Part shown: piece by piece, positions 20,840-29,856 of the stretch | Numbering within the stretch: position 1 is the first letter of the stretch | Layout: each line of letters opens with the position of its first letter | From: an uncultured Chloroflexia bacterium | GTDB lineage: Bacteria; Chloroflexota; Anaerolineae; CG2-30-64-16 | Assembly (NCBI GenBank): GCA_963774265.1 | Contig: CAVZDU010000003.1 | Location: 192,001 to 256,000, forward strand | Length of the DNA stretch: 64,000 nt | Reading direction: 5' to 3' | Notes under the pieces: model-generated | Database searches by the model: none | What the model saw: the letters and a program-made list of their open reading frames with translations, nothing else | What the model was told of the DNA's origin: nothing | Translations under genes and position numbers: made by a program

Positions 20840-22453
20840 ATGAGCTCACTCTTCGCCGAGCAGATGCTCGTCCTCTTCGCGATCCTTGCCATCGGCTCGT
20901 GGCTCGGAGGTCTAACCTGGCGCGGCGTGTCCCTTGGCACAGCCGCTGTGTTTTTTGTCGGTTTGGCGTTCGGCCACTTCGGGCTGACCATTCCCAAGCC
21001 GGTGATGGACCTGGGCCTGCTGCTCTTCGTCTATGCGGTTGGCCTGCAGGCCGGCCCGCGCTTCTTCCGTACTTTCAAGAAGCAGGGCCGCGAGTTCGTG
21101 ATTGTGTCCCTGGCCGCGCTCCTGGCCGCGGGCATTGTAACCGTGCTGCTGGCGCGGCTGCTGGGCTATTCCTATGCGCTGGCCGCGGGCATGTTCACCG
21201 GCGCGGTGACGAACACCCCCGCGCTGGCCGGCGCGATCGACGCCGTCGGCCGACTGGATTCGGAGCAGGCCGCCACGGTCTCGGTCGGCTACGGCATCGC
21301 GTACCCGTTCAGTATTGTGGGCGTGACAATTCTGGTCTCGTTCCTGCCCAAGATACTGCGCCGGCCGGTGAAACAGGCCGAGGAAGACTGGCTGGCGAGC
21401 CAGGCAGGCGAGCAACCTCTGCTGGTCAAGAAGCAGTTCAAGATCACGAACGACAACCTGGAGGGCAAGCGGCTGGGTAATTTAGACACCCACCGGGTCA
21501 GCCAGGTGAACGTCTCGCGCATCCAGCAGAAGGGGAAGGTGGTGACAGGCACGCCGGACGTCGTGCTCCATGTGGGCGACATCTTACTGGCGGTGGGTAC
21601 GGAGACAGAGCTGGAGAAGCTGCGGCTGCTCATCGGCGATGAGGTGCAAGTCCAGATGGAGCCCAGCACGCAGACCGTCACCCGCGAGATGCACGTCACC
21701 GAGTCGAAGCTGGCCGGCAAGCGCCTGATGGACCTGCGCGTGTGGGATAACTACGCGGTTGTTATCACGCGCATCCGCCGCGCGGGCGTCGAGCTTGCGC
21801 CGGTGGGCACCAGCACGCTGGAGTTCGGCGATACTCTGCGGGTCGTCGGTGACGCGACGGTGGTTGATGAGTTCGCCCGCCTGGTCAGCGGGGACGCGCG
21901 CAAGATCGATGAGACCAACATGGTGCCGTTCCTTATCGGCATCCTGCTCGGCATCCTCGTAGGGCAGATTGCGATTCCGCTGGTGAATGGGATGTCGATC
22001 AAACTGGGCACCGTGGGCGGCGCGCTCATCGTGAGCCTGCTGCTGGGCCACTTTGGCCGGGTCGGTCCGTTCCGCATGTACGTCCCTGTCGCGGCCAGGA
22101 ACATTTCGCGCGAGCTAGGGCTGATGCTCTTCTTGGGCGGTGCGGGCGCAAATGCCGGCACGCAATTGGCCAAGGTGGTTCAGGCGCAGGGCGCCGGTGT
22201 CTTCCTGGCAGGAGCCGCGATCACCCTCACCGCCACGTGCGTCACCATCATTGTGACGCACCTGATCTTCAGGATGAACCTGCTTTCGGTGATCGGCCTG
22301 ACCGCTGGTGTGATGACGAATCCCCCGGCCCTGGCCGCCGCCGAAAACCAGACGACGACCGGTGTGCCCGCGGTGACCTACGCCAGCGCATTTCCGGTCG
22401 TGTTGATTTTCAAGATCGTGCTCGCGCAGATCCTCGTGCAGCTGCTGCGGTGA
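20840..22453 (+). CDS. AspT/YidE/YbjL family antiporter (copy 2)
   Basis: Collinear paralog of 15701..17320 with long identical peptide blocks. Confidence 0.9.
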   Translation: MSSLFAEQMLVLFAILAIGSWLGGLTWRGVSLGTAAVFFVGLAFGHFGLTIPKPVMDLGLLLFVYAVGLQAGPRFFRTFKKQGREFVIVSLAALLAAGIVTVLLARLLGYSYALAAGMFTGAVTNTPALAGAIDAVGRLDSEQAATVSVGYGIAYPFSIVGVTILVSFLPKILRRPVKQAEEDWLASQAGEQPLLVKKQFKITNDNLEGKRLGNLDTHRVSQVNVSRIQQKGKVVTGTPDVVLHVGDILLAVGTETELEKLRLLIGDEVQVQMEPSTQTVTREMHVTESKLAGKRLMDLRVWDNYAVVITRIRRAGVELAPVGTSTLEFGDTLRVVGDATVVDEFARLVSGDARKIDETNMVPFLIGILLGILVGQIAIPLVNGMSIKLGTVGGALIVSLLLGHFGRVGPFRMYVPVAARNISRELGLMLFLGGAGANAGTQLAKVVQAQGAGVFLAGAAITLTATCVTIIVTHLIFRMNLLSVIGLTAGVMTNPPALAAAENQTTTGVPAVTYASAFPVVLIFKIVLAQILVQLLR

Positions 22454-22500
22454 CTGTGACTCCGAAAACGGGGGAATCTGTTGCCTAAGATTTGGACCCC

Positions 22501-23759
22501 TCAGCCCTCCTGGCTGTCGACCTCCCGGATCAACTCACCAGCATATTGAAGCAGGAGCTGGCCGCGTGCGGGGGCGACGCTGCGCGTTTCCAGATAACGC
22601 TCGAGCATTTGGGCGGGGGTGAGCGCCTCGACGGAGATGCCGCCGAGCGGGTCGCGCGACCGGCGCCGGACGTCGCGTTGGATCGCAGCGATGTCGTACG
22701 CGTCCCTCAAGGCAAGCTTGATCTCCCGGTCGACCAGCCGTGCCTCCTGTGCTTCGTCGAGCACAATTCGCAGCCGCACGACCGTCTGCGAAAGATCGCC
22801 GGCCGCCGCGATGCGCTCGGCAACCAACGCGGTGGGATCCTGGGAGTCGCGCACGTCGACCTCGATCGTGCGGAACGGCCGGGCTGGTCGACGATGCTTT
22901 TCCTGGAAATGCCAGATCGTCTGCACCTCGCCGATAGTCGCGACGACCCACCCTTTAGGTTCTTGTTCCTCGCCGAAGTCGATGCGTTCGATGCTGCCGC
23001 TGTAGATGATGGGCGGCTGCTGGTCGCGGTTCAGGCTTTGGTGCTTGTGGATGTGGCCCAGCGCGACGTAACGCCAGACCGGGTCGGCCAGGCTGCGCCC
23101 CGATCGACCGCCACATCGCGGCCCATCATGATGTTGTGTTCCGACCCGTGGCTGGCCTCGTTGACGCTGAAATGACCCACGAGGATGGCCGGCGTCTCCT
23201 TATCCAGCCGCGCCTGGTCAGCCAGGGCCATGATGCGGCTGGTCAGCCGTTCGCTCAGCAGCCGGTCCAGCTCGTCCAGGCTCTTGCCCTCGCCCTCCTC
23301 CCGCGGAATGTGGTCCTGGCGCAGCGGGTACGGCGCAGTCGCGACTTGCAGGCGCTGGCCGCGGCGGCAGGTGATGGTCCGCAGCGCGTAGTCGGCCCCG
23401 ACGTAGACGTTGGGCACGCTCAGCGTATCGAAAATGCTGATCGATGTGGCGCGCCGTTGCACCGGCGGCAAATCGTGGTTGCCCACGAGCAGCACTACAG
23501 GCATGCCCGCGTCCGCAAGGCGCTTGATGCGTCGCGCGAACTCCCGCTGGAAGGTCGGATTGGGATCGCGCGTCTTGTACACGTCGCCCGCGAAGACGAA
23601 CAGATCGACGTCCTGCTCGATGGCATAGTCGATCATATCGGTGAGCCGCCGCAGGAAGTCCATCACCCGACCATTGATGCCCGTTTCAGGGTCCATCCGG
23701 CCGTAATTTTCCATGCCGATGTGGAGGTCGGCGGTGTGGAGGAGCTTGATGGGTTGCAT
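22501..23759 (-). CDS. sbcD: Mre11/SbcD family nuclease (frameshifted)
   Basis: LLHTADLHIG, AGDVY, VGNHD, VGHFSV and ALGHIHKHQ phosphoesterase motifs, YSGSIERIDF. Confidence 0.9.
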
Positions 23760-23768
23760 GTCTCTCTC

Positions 23769-25559
23769 TTAGTCGAACCCGGTAAAGTCCGGGATGCGAC
23801 CAGTCCGTTTATCGAGTGCCTGCAGATCTTCGGCGCGTTCGTCCGCCTCTCGGAAGCCCATCGCCTTGTAGAACTCCATGTCGTAGCGCCGCGTCTGGAC
23901 GACGACCGGCATCGGCACGGCGTGGCCCAGGATGAGCGCCTGCTCCTGGGTGTCCAGCCGGGCCAGCACCTCGCGCAGCCCTCGCCGTCCGCTGACGCCC
24001 GACAGCACGGCCTTGATGTCCTCCGGGTTGTCCAGCAGCATCGTCACCCGCGTGCCGATCTGCGACATCACCTCCGGGTCGATGCCGCTGGGCCGCTGGT
24101 CGACGATGAAGAGCGTCACGTTGTACTTGCGCAGCTCGCGGGCGATGGTGCCGAAGATCGTGTTGCCGCGCGATGGTCGGGTCGAGGAACTTGTGCGCCT
24201 CCTCGATGGTGATCACCAGCGGGATGCGGCTCTTTGCCGGCCTCGCCGAACGACTCCTCTTTCCTCTCGACGTACTGCCGGTGGATGCGCCGGGTGAGGA
24301 AGTTCGCCACCAGGATGTATGCGCCGAGGTCCGAGCCGTAGCGGCCGAACTCCAGCACGACGTTGCGTGCCTGCCTCGATGTACTTCATGATCCGGCCCG
24401 ACCGAGTCGTCGAGCGCCTTCGGCTTGAGGAAGCAGTAGTTGCGCATCCGCTCGAAGCGGCGGCGCAGCGCGGCCAGGGTGTTCTGGCCCTGGCCGAGTG
24501 TCCTCGGCCAGCGCCTTCAGGCCTCTCGACTTCCTTGCCGGTGTCGGGGTCGAAGCCGCCGTAGGCGTCCACCCAGCCGTCGTCCAGGAAGTTGGTCAGC
24601 CAGTCGTGCCCGAACTTGCGGAAGAGCGCATAGACCGCGCCCACCTGCGGCTCGGAGAGGTTCAGGATGCCTGCCAGCATCTCCAGGTCCTCCGGCTCGA
24701 TCTGGTCGTAGCCGATGTTGACGGTGTAGTCGGGGTTGGAGCCGCGGCGCCGCGACGATTCATCGTCCAGGGTGAAGATGCTGACCTGGCCGGGGAAGAT
24801 CTGCTTGAGCCCCTTGACCCGGCTGATCTGCTCCGAGCTGCCCTCCCAGCCGTACTCGTTGTGCATGTCGAAGATCAGGTTGACCGCCACGCGCTCGCTG
24901 GATCACGCCTGCCAGCAGCAGCCGCGCGAGGAAGGTCTTGCCCGTGCCCGACTTGCCGAAGACGCCGCTCGAGCGCTCGACCAGCCGCTCCAGGTTCAGC
25001 GTGATCTTGACGCTCTCCATGTCCAGCGGCGCGCCGATGTGGAAGAAGTGCGCGTCCTTCGCGCCGACCTTGCGCTCACCCTCCTCGCCGAAGACCTGAT
25101 CGACCTCGGCCTGGCTGGCGGTGGAGACGGGCGTGAAGTGCTCCGGCACGGTCTTCACCGGCTTGGGCTCGTCCTTGCCCTCTTCTCCAGGATCAGCAGC
25201 GGGCTGAGGTGCACCGTGCCGAAGGTGGTCGTGCCCTGGTAGATGTCCGCCAGGAACGGGTCGGATAGTCGGGCGGCTGCTTGGCGATCATCGGGTTGGT
25301 GCTGTCGAGCGCCACATCGGTGATCATGCAGAAGAAGCGCGCGCTGCGCCCGCGCGCGACGACGTAGCGGCCCACGGCCAGCTCTTCGAGGGAGACTGCC
25401 GCGGTCGAGCTTGACCTCCAGCCCTTCGGACAGCGACCCGCCGATGACCACCCCAAGCTGCTCCCGCGCGCCGGCATTCGCCTTGAGTGCGGCCACTTCT
25501 TCGGCCCGCGACTTGAGATCGTCGAATGAGATGTCGGTATCGAGTGCGTTGTTCATCAT
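23769..25559 (-). CDS. herA: HerA family ATPase (frameshifted)
   Basis: N-terminal HAS-like region, Walker A GKSGTGKT, IFDMHNEY, ITIEEAHKFL, IAREL..IVDQRPS. Confidence 0.88.
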
Positions 25560-25584
25560 GCTTACGTCCGGGCGGTCTGTGCGA

Positions 25585-27087
25585 CTACAGCGTTTCGTAT
25601 TTCGTCGTCAGATAGTTGATATACGGCTCAATCGTCATCTCCCGCCCCGTCACGCGCGGGACGAGCTCTGCCGCGGTGAACTTCGCGCCGTGGCGATAGA
25701 TGTTTTCGCGCAGCCACCCGAGCAACACATCGAAGCGGCCCGCGCGTATCTCTGCCGGGATCTCCCCATGCGCTGCGAGCGCGGCATCGTAGAACATGCC
25801 GCTTAAGATGTTGCCCAGCGTGTAGCCCTGGAATGCGCCGCCGATGAACCCGCTGTACCAGTGAACGTCCTGCATGCAGCCATTCCTGTCGTTCGGCGGC
25901 TCGATGCCCAGGTCGCTGTGATATCGCGCGTTCCACGCGTCCGGCAAATCCTTGATGGACAGCTTGTCCTCGAGCATATCCAGCTCAAGGTCGAAGCGGA
26001 TCATCACATGGAGGTTATAGGTCAACTCATCGGCCTCGGTGCGGATGAGCGAGCGCTGGACCCTGTTGACCGCCTTGTGGAACGTGCTGAGCGATACATC
26101 GGCCAGTTGCGCGGGGAAGGTGGCCTGCGCCTTCGGGTAGGAGAGCTCCCAAAAACCAATGCTGCGGCCGACGATGTTCTCCCACAACCGCGATTGGCTT
26201 TCATGCACGCCTGAAGACGTGCCCTGGCCCAGCGGCCCCGCTTCGAAGGCAGGGCCGATGCCTTGCTCGTACATCGCGTGCCCCGCTTCGTGGATCGTGC
26301 TGAACAGCGAATAGCTGAGATCATGCTCGTCGATGCGTGTGGTGATGCGGATGTCGCCGGCACCCAGGCCGGTGGTGTACGGGTGCGCGCTCTTGTCCAG
26401 CCGGCCGCGGCCGAAGTCGTAACCGATCTGCCGGGCGATGTCCAGGTTGAACTGCCACTGCTCGGCCTCCGGGTAATGCTGCCGCAGGCAAGCATCGTCC
26501 GCCGGGGCCCGGGCGGTGACCCGGTCCACCAGGGGCGCGAGGCGCGCGCGCAGCTCCGCAAAGAGCGGGCGGATCACCGCAACGGTCATACCGTAGTCGG
26601 CCTCGTCGATCAGAGGATCCGCGACATGGGCGAAAGGCGCGAAATACTCGGCGTAGCGGCGGCTCAGTTCCACCGTCTTTTCGAGCAAGGGGCGCACCTT
26701 GCCAAAGTCATTCTCCGGACGGGCGTGCTCCCAGGTCACGTAGGACTGATTCTGGTGGCTGTACAACTCGGCGATGAACTGGGACGGGACTTTGACCGAG
26801 CGCTCGTACTCGCGCCGCGCCACGCGGAGATACGCCGCGTCGTCATGGTCGGGGGGCAGCGAGTTCGCGTAGGGCTGGAGCTCATCGAGCAGCCGGCCGT
26901 TCACCGGGTCGATGAATCGCTCGTGCGCCAGTTGGCCCAGCAATGCCAGCTGGCGGCCTCGCCCCTCCGCTCCGCCCGGGGGCATGTACGTGGTCTGATC
27001 CCAATACAGGACGCCGCCAGCGTTGCGCAGGTCGTAGACGTCGGTCAAACGTTTCTTGAGTTCCTGCAGTTTCTTTTCGGTCATCAT
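25585..27087 (-). CDS. M32 family carboxypeptidase
   Basis: HPY, DIRITT, HEAGH, HESQ, IRTEAD, GCMQDVHW. Confidence 0.93.
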   Translation of the reverse strand: MMTEKKLQELKKRLTDVYDLRNAGGVLYWDQTTYMPPGGAEGRGRQLALLGQLAHERFIDPVNGRLLDELQPYANSLPPDHDDAAYLRVARREYERSVKVPSQFIAELYSHQNQSYVTWEHARPENDFGKVRPLLEKTVELSRRYAEYFAPFAHVADPLIDEADYGMTVAVIRPLFAELRARLAPLVDRVTARAPADDACLRQHYPEAEQWQFNLDIARQIGYDFGRGRLDKSAHPYTTGLGAGDIRITTRIDEHDLSYSLFSTIHEAGHAMYEQGIGPAFEAGPLGQGTSSGVHESQSRLWENIVGRSIGFWELSYPKAQATFPAQLADVSLSTFHKAVNRVQRSLIRTEADELTYNLHVMIRFDLELDMLEDKLSIKDLPDAWNARYHSDLGIEPPNDRNGCMQDVHWYSGFIGGAFQGYTLGNILSGMFYDAALAAHGEIPAEIRAGRFDVLLGWLRENIYRHGAKFTAAELVPRVTGREMTIEPYINYLTTKYETL

Positions 27088-27869
27088 TCTGTCTTCCGAT
27101 GCGCCTGGGTGGCCGTGGCCTGGGCCGACGCCAGGATGAGAATATCCTGGATGTTGACGTGTGGCGGTCGCGTGACTGCCCAGACGATCGCGTCCGCAAT
27201 GTCTTCGGGCGATAGGGGCTGCAAGCCCTGGTACACCTTCCTGGCGCGCTGCTCGTCGCCGTGGAAGCGTACGATGCTGAACTCCGTCTCCACCATGCCG
27301 GGCTCCACATTCGTGACGCGCACGCCGCTACCCAATAGATCGATCTTCAGAGCGCGGCTAAGCATACCAACCGCCGCCTTGGTCGCGCAATAAACGGTCC
27401 CGCCTGCATACGGATCGCGACCGGCCACCGACCCGATATTGACCACATGGCCGTGGCCCCGCTCGACCATGCCGGGGAGAATGGCGCGTGAGACATAGAG
27501 CAGGCCCTTGATGTTCGTGTCGACCATCTCGTCCCAGTCCTGGATGCTGCCCGCATGCAGCGGATTGAGGCCGCGCGAGAGACCCGCGTTGTTAACGAGC
27601 ACCGCGACCGCCTGCCACTCGGCAGGCAGATTGCCGAACGCGGCAGCCACGGCCTCCTGATCCCGCACATCGAGCGGGATGCACAACGATTCCGTGCCGT
27701 GCGCCGCTTTGAGCTCGCCCGCGAGTTCCTCCAGCCGTTCGATCCGCCGCGCAGCCAGGATCAAGCGCATGCCTTCTGTAGCCAACGCGCTGGCGCTGGC
27801 CATGCCGATGCCCGAGCTCGCGCCTGTGACGAGTGCTATCTGGCCGTTGAGTGAGGTCTTTGGTGACAT
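27084..27869 (-). CDS. NADP-dependent SDR oxidoreductase (YdfG-like)
   Basis: TGASSGIG, ARR, NNAG, YCATK, EPGMVETEFS. Confidence 0.9.
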   Translation of the reverse strand: MSPKTSLNGQIALVTGASSGIGMASASALATEGMRLILAARRIERLEELAGELKAAHGTESLCIPLDVRDQEAVAAAFGNLPAEWQAVAVLVNNAGLSRGLNPLHAGSIQDWDEMVDTNIKGLLYVSRAILPGMVERGHGHVVNIGSVAGRDPYAGGTVYCATKAAVGMLSRALKIDLLGSGVRVTNVEPGMVETEFSIVRFHGDEQRARKVYQGLQPLSPEDIADAIVWAVTRPPHVNIQDILILASAQATATQAHRKTE

Positions 27870-27898
27870 GAATGGTGCTCCTCGATTGAATTCAGCTT

Positions 27899-28501
27899 TC
27901 AACGCAATTGCTTCAGTATACCGTCCAGGCGGGTTAGGTCCAATGCCAACAGCCGAGCCAACTCCCGGCCCGCGCTGATCAGGTACTGCTCGCGTTCCAT
28001 GAGTGACGGTCGCGCCTCACTCGCCATCCGCAACGCCGCGACGATGATCTGGTCGACGGGCGCATCGAGCGCCGGCAGAAGCAGCCTGATCCAGTCATGG
28101 CGCTCGGTGAAGCGCACCCATTCCGCGTTGTTGCAGGTGTAGATCTCGTCCAGCGTGCGGGGTGGCTGCGGCGGCAGGCGGTGATAGACAGCGTTTGCCT
28201 CGCCGTGGCCCACGATGATGACGTCCACGATGATGGGCACCTGGCGTTTTTGGCGCTGGTCTTCGATGATTTCCGCACTCTCCACACCCGCCGCGACCAA
28301 TTGGCGCACAAATGCGTCATCCTCGATGGTGACGTTGCAGGTCATGCCGTAGACGACGCGGCCGCTGCGGCCGGTCGCCTTTAGCAGCGCGCCGAGCTTC
28401 GGGGTCATTACGTCCTGTTCGGCGATGAGTTGGCGGCAGCCCACCGTGAAATTGGCCGTACTGGCGCGCAAGACGCGTCCGACCTGGATTTCTCCGTCCA
28501 T
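27899..28501 (-). CDS. Stand-alone HAS-barrel domain protein
   Basis: N-terminal GRVLRAST beta-barrel pattern with LPPQPP motif; directly downstream of nurA. Confidence 0.65.
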   Translation of the reverse strand: MDGEIQVGRVLRASTANFTVGCRQLIAEQDVMTPKLGALLKATGRSGRVVYGMTCNVTIEDDAFVRQLVAAGVESAEIIEDQRQKRQVPIIVDVIIVGHGEANAVYHRLPPQPPRTLDEIYTCNNAEWVRFTERHDWIRLLLPALDAPVDQIIVAALRMASEARPSLMEREQYLISAGRELARLLALDLTRLDGILKQLR

Positions 28502-28502
28502 T

Positions 28503-29717
28503 TCATCTCCCTGGGGTGCGGCCGGTCATGAGCTTGTTGCTGGCCTTGACCGAAATCTCGGGCATGAGTCCGTTGCGCAGCATGACCTGCGTCAGGAGCG
28601 AATCGAGCTCCCCCTTGTCGCCTTGTGTGACCACTGCTAACTCGTGGGCGCGCGCGAGGACGTACGGGTAGGCCGTGGGCTCGCAATTGGCGTAGATGGC
28701 TGCCTGGGCCACGTCGAGCCAGTCGGGGCGGGCCGCGACCCAACCGGGCATCTCGATGCGGGCGACGGCTGAGCGCTCAGCCCGCGCTGGGTGTGCGAGA
28801 TTGAGATAGGCGAAGGCGACGCGATCGCCGTCAGACCTCGCCTGGTAGCGGTCGTTGGCATTCGTATAAGGCGTAAAGAGTCCAGTGCGCTCATTCGGAG
28901 CGAGGTCGCCGAAGAGAACCCGGTCCGTCAAGCCGATGAAACCTCCCCGGCGCAGAGCCTCGCGGGTGATCTTCTCGATGGGCAGGTTCAGCAGCTCGAG
29001 AATGCGCAGGACGAAAGCGCTGCCGGGCCGATCGACATAACCGATCGGGATGGCGTGGGCCTTACGCAGCCGGGCCAGTTGAGCGATCACGAAGTCGATC
29101 TCTTCGTTGATCCTGTCCGATCGCTGAGGATCGGGCCGCAACCAGGGGAGGAGCGGTCCGTCGACCAGCGCGACGATGGGCGTTGAAAGGTCGCCGCCCA
29201 GGGCCGCCCGTTCCAGTTCGGCCAATCTTGCCAGCGCCTCAATTTCGCGGCGGCTGCGGATCAGGCTGATGTCCTCGTTGCTGACGAGTTGACCTTCGTC
29301 GTCATAGACATCGTCGTCTTCGAAATGGATTTCGGGCGTACTATCGGTGGCAGGTGCAAGCCCGGAACCTTTGCGCAGAACGATAGTTCCCGTGTTAACA
29401 AGAAAATACGTCGTGATCGCATGGCGGTCCGGGAAGATCTGGCTTCCGTCCGCAGCGATGAGGATGACGTCAGCCGTTTCCATCGCAACGCGGCGGCGTT
29501 CGTCCAGCCGCTCGCCAAGCGGCTTGGCGCCGCGCCGCCATTCATCGATCTCGCGGGCCTTTTCGATCTTGCGATGCAGTTCTTCGGTCACGTGCGGGTT
29601 CGCGGCGAGTAGTCCCAGGGCTTCTGCGCCGCGCTTCTGAGCATCGTCCCGGCGCTGCGCTATTTTCTCGCCCATGGCATCCACCTGGCCGGTCAAGCGG
29701 TTCAATTCCAGGGTCAA
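28503..29717 (-). CDS. nurA: NurA family DNA double-strand break repair nuclease
   Basis: AADGSQ, LVDGPL, GYVDRP and YPYVLARAHELAVV motifs; TTG start with GGAG RBS. Confidence 0.88.
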   Translation of the reverse strand: MTLELNRLTGQVDAMGEKIAQRRDDAQKRGAEALGLLAANPHVTEELHRKIEKAREIDEWRRGAKPLGERLDERRRVAMETADVILIAADGSQIFPDRHAITTYFLVNTGTIVLRKGSGLAPATDSTPEIHFEDDDVYDDEGQLVSNEDISLIRSRREIEALARLAELERAALGGDLSTPIVALVDGPLLPWLRPDPQRSDRINEEIDFVIAQLARLRKAHAIPIGYVDRPGSAFVLRILELLNLPIEKITREALRRGGFIGLTDRVLFGDLAPNERTGLFTPYTNANDRYQARSDGDRVAFAYLNLAHPARAERSAVARIEMPGWVAARPDWLDVAQAAIYANCEPTAYPYVLARAHELAVVTQGDKGELDSLLTQVMLRNGLMPEISVKASNKLMTGRTPGR

Positions 29718-29733
29718 CGACTCCTCCGTTAGC

Positions 29734-29758
29734 CGAACAGATATTCGTCGGCATTATA
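29734..29758 (-). promoter_or_regulatory. nurA promoter -10 with adjacent LexA (Cheo)-like box
   Basis: TATAAT on the minus strand at 29753-29758; CGAACAGATATTCG at 29734-29747, one mismatch to CGAAC-N4-GTTCG. Confidence 0.55.
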
Positions 29759-29785
29759 ACGTGAGGTTGCGCTGCACGCAAGCGA

Positions 29786-29814
29786 TTGACAAATCGCGGC
29801 CACTGGCTTAGAAT
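29786..29814 (+). promoter_or_regulatory. Sigma70-type promoter
   Basis: TTGACA-17 bp-TAGAAT upstream of the 29857 gene. Confidence 0.7.
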
Positions 29815-29856
29815 TCATATATAGGCTTTTTTTGCTTTAGACTAAGGAGCATCCTC

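Noticed and set aside
22501-29717. Anti-phage HerA system (Sir2-HerA or DUF4297-HerA)
   Set aside because: The partners are NurA and Mre11 and no Sir2 or other effector is present, which fits DNA repair.
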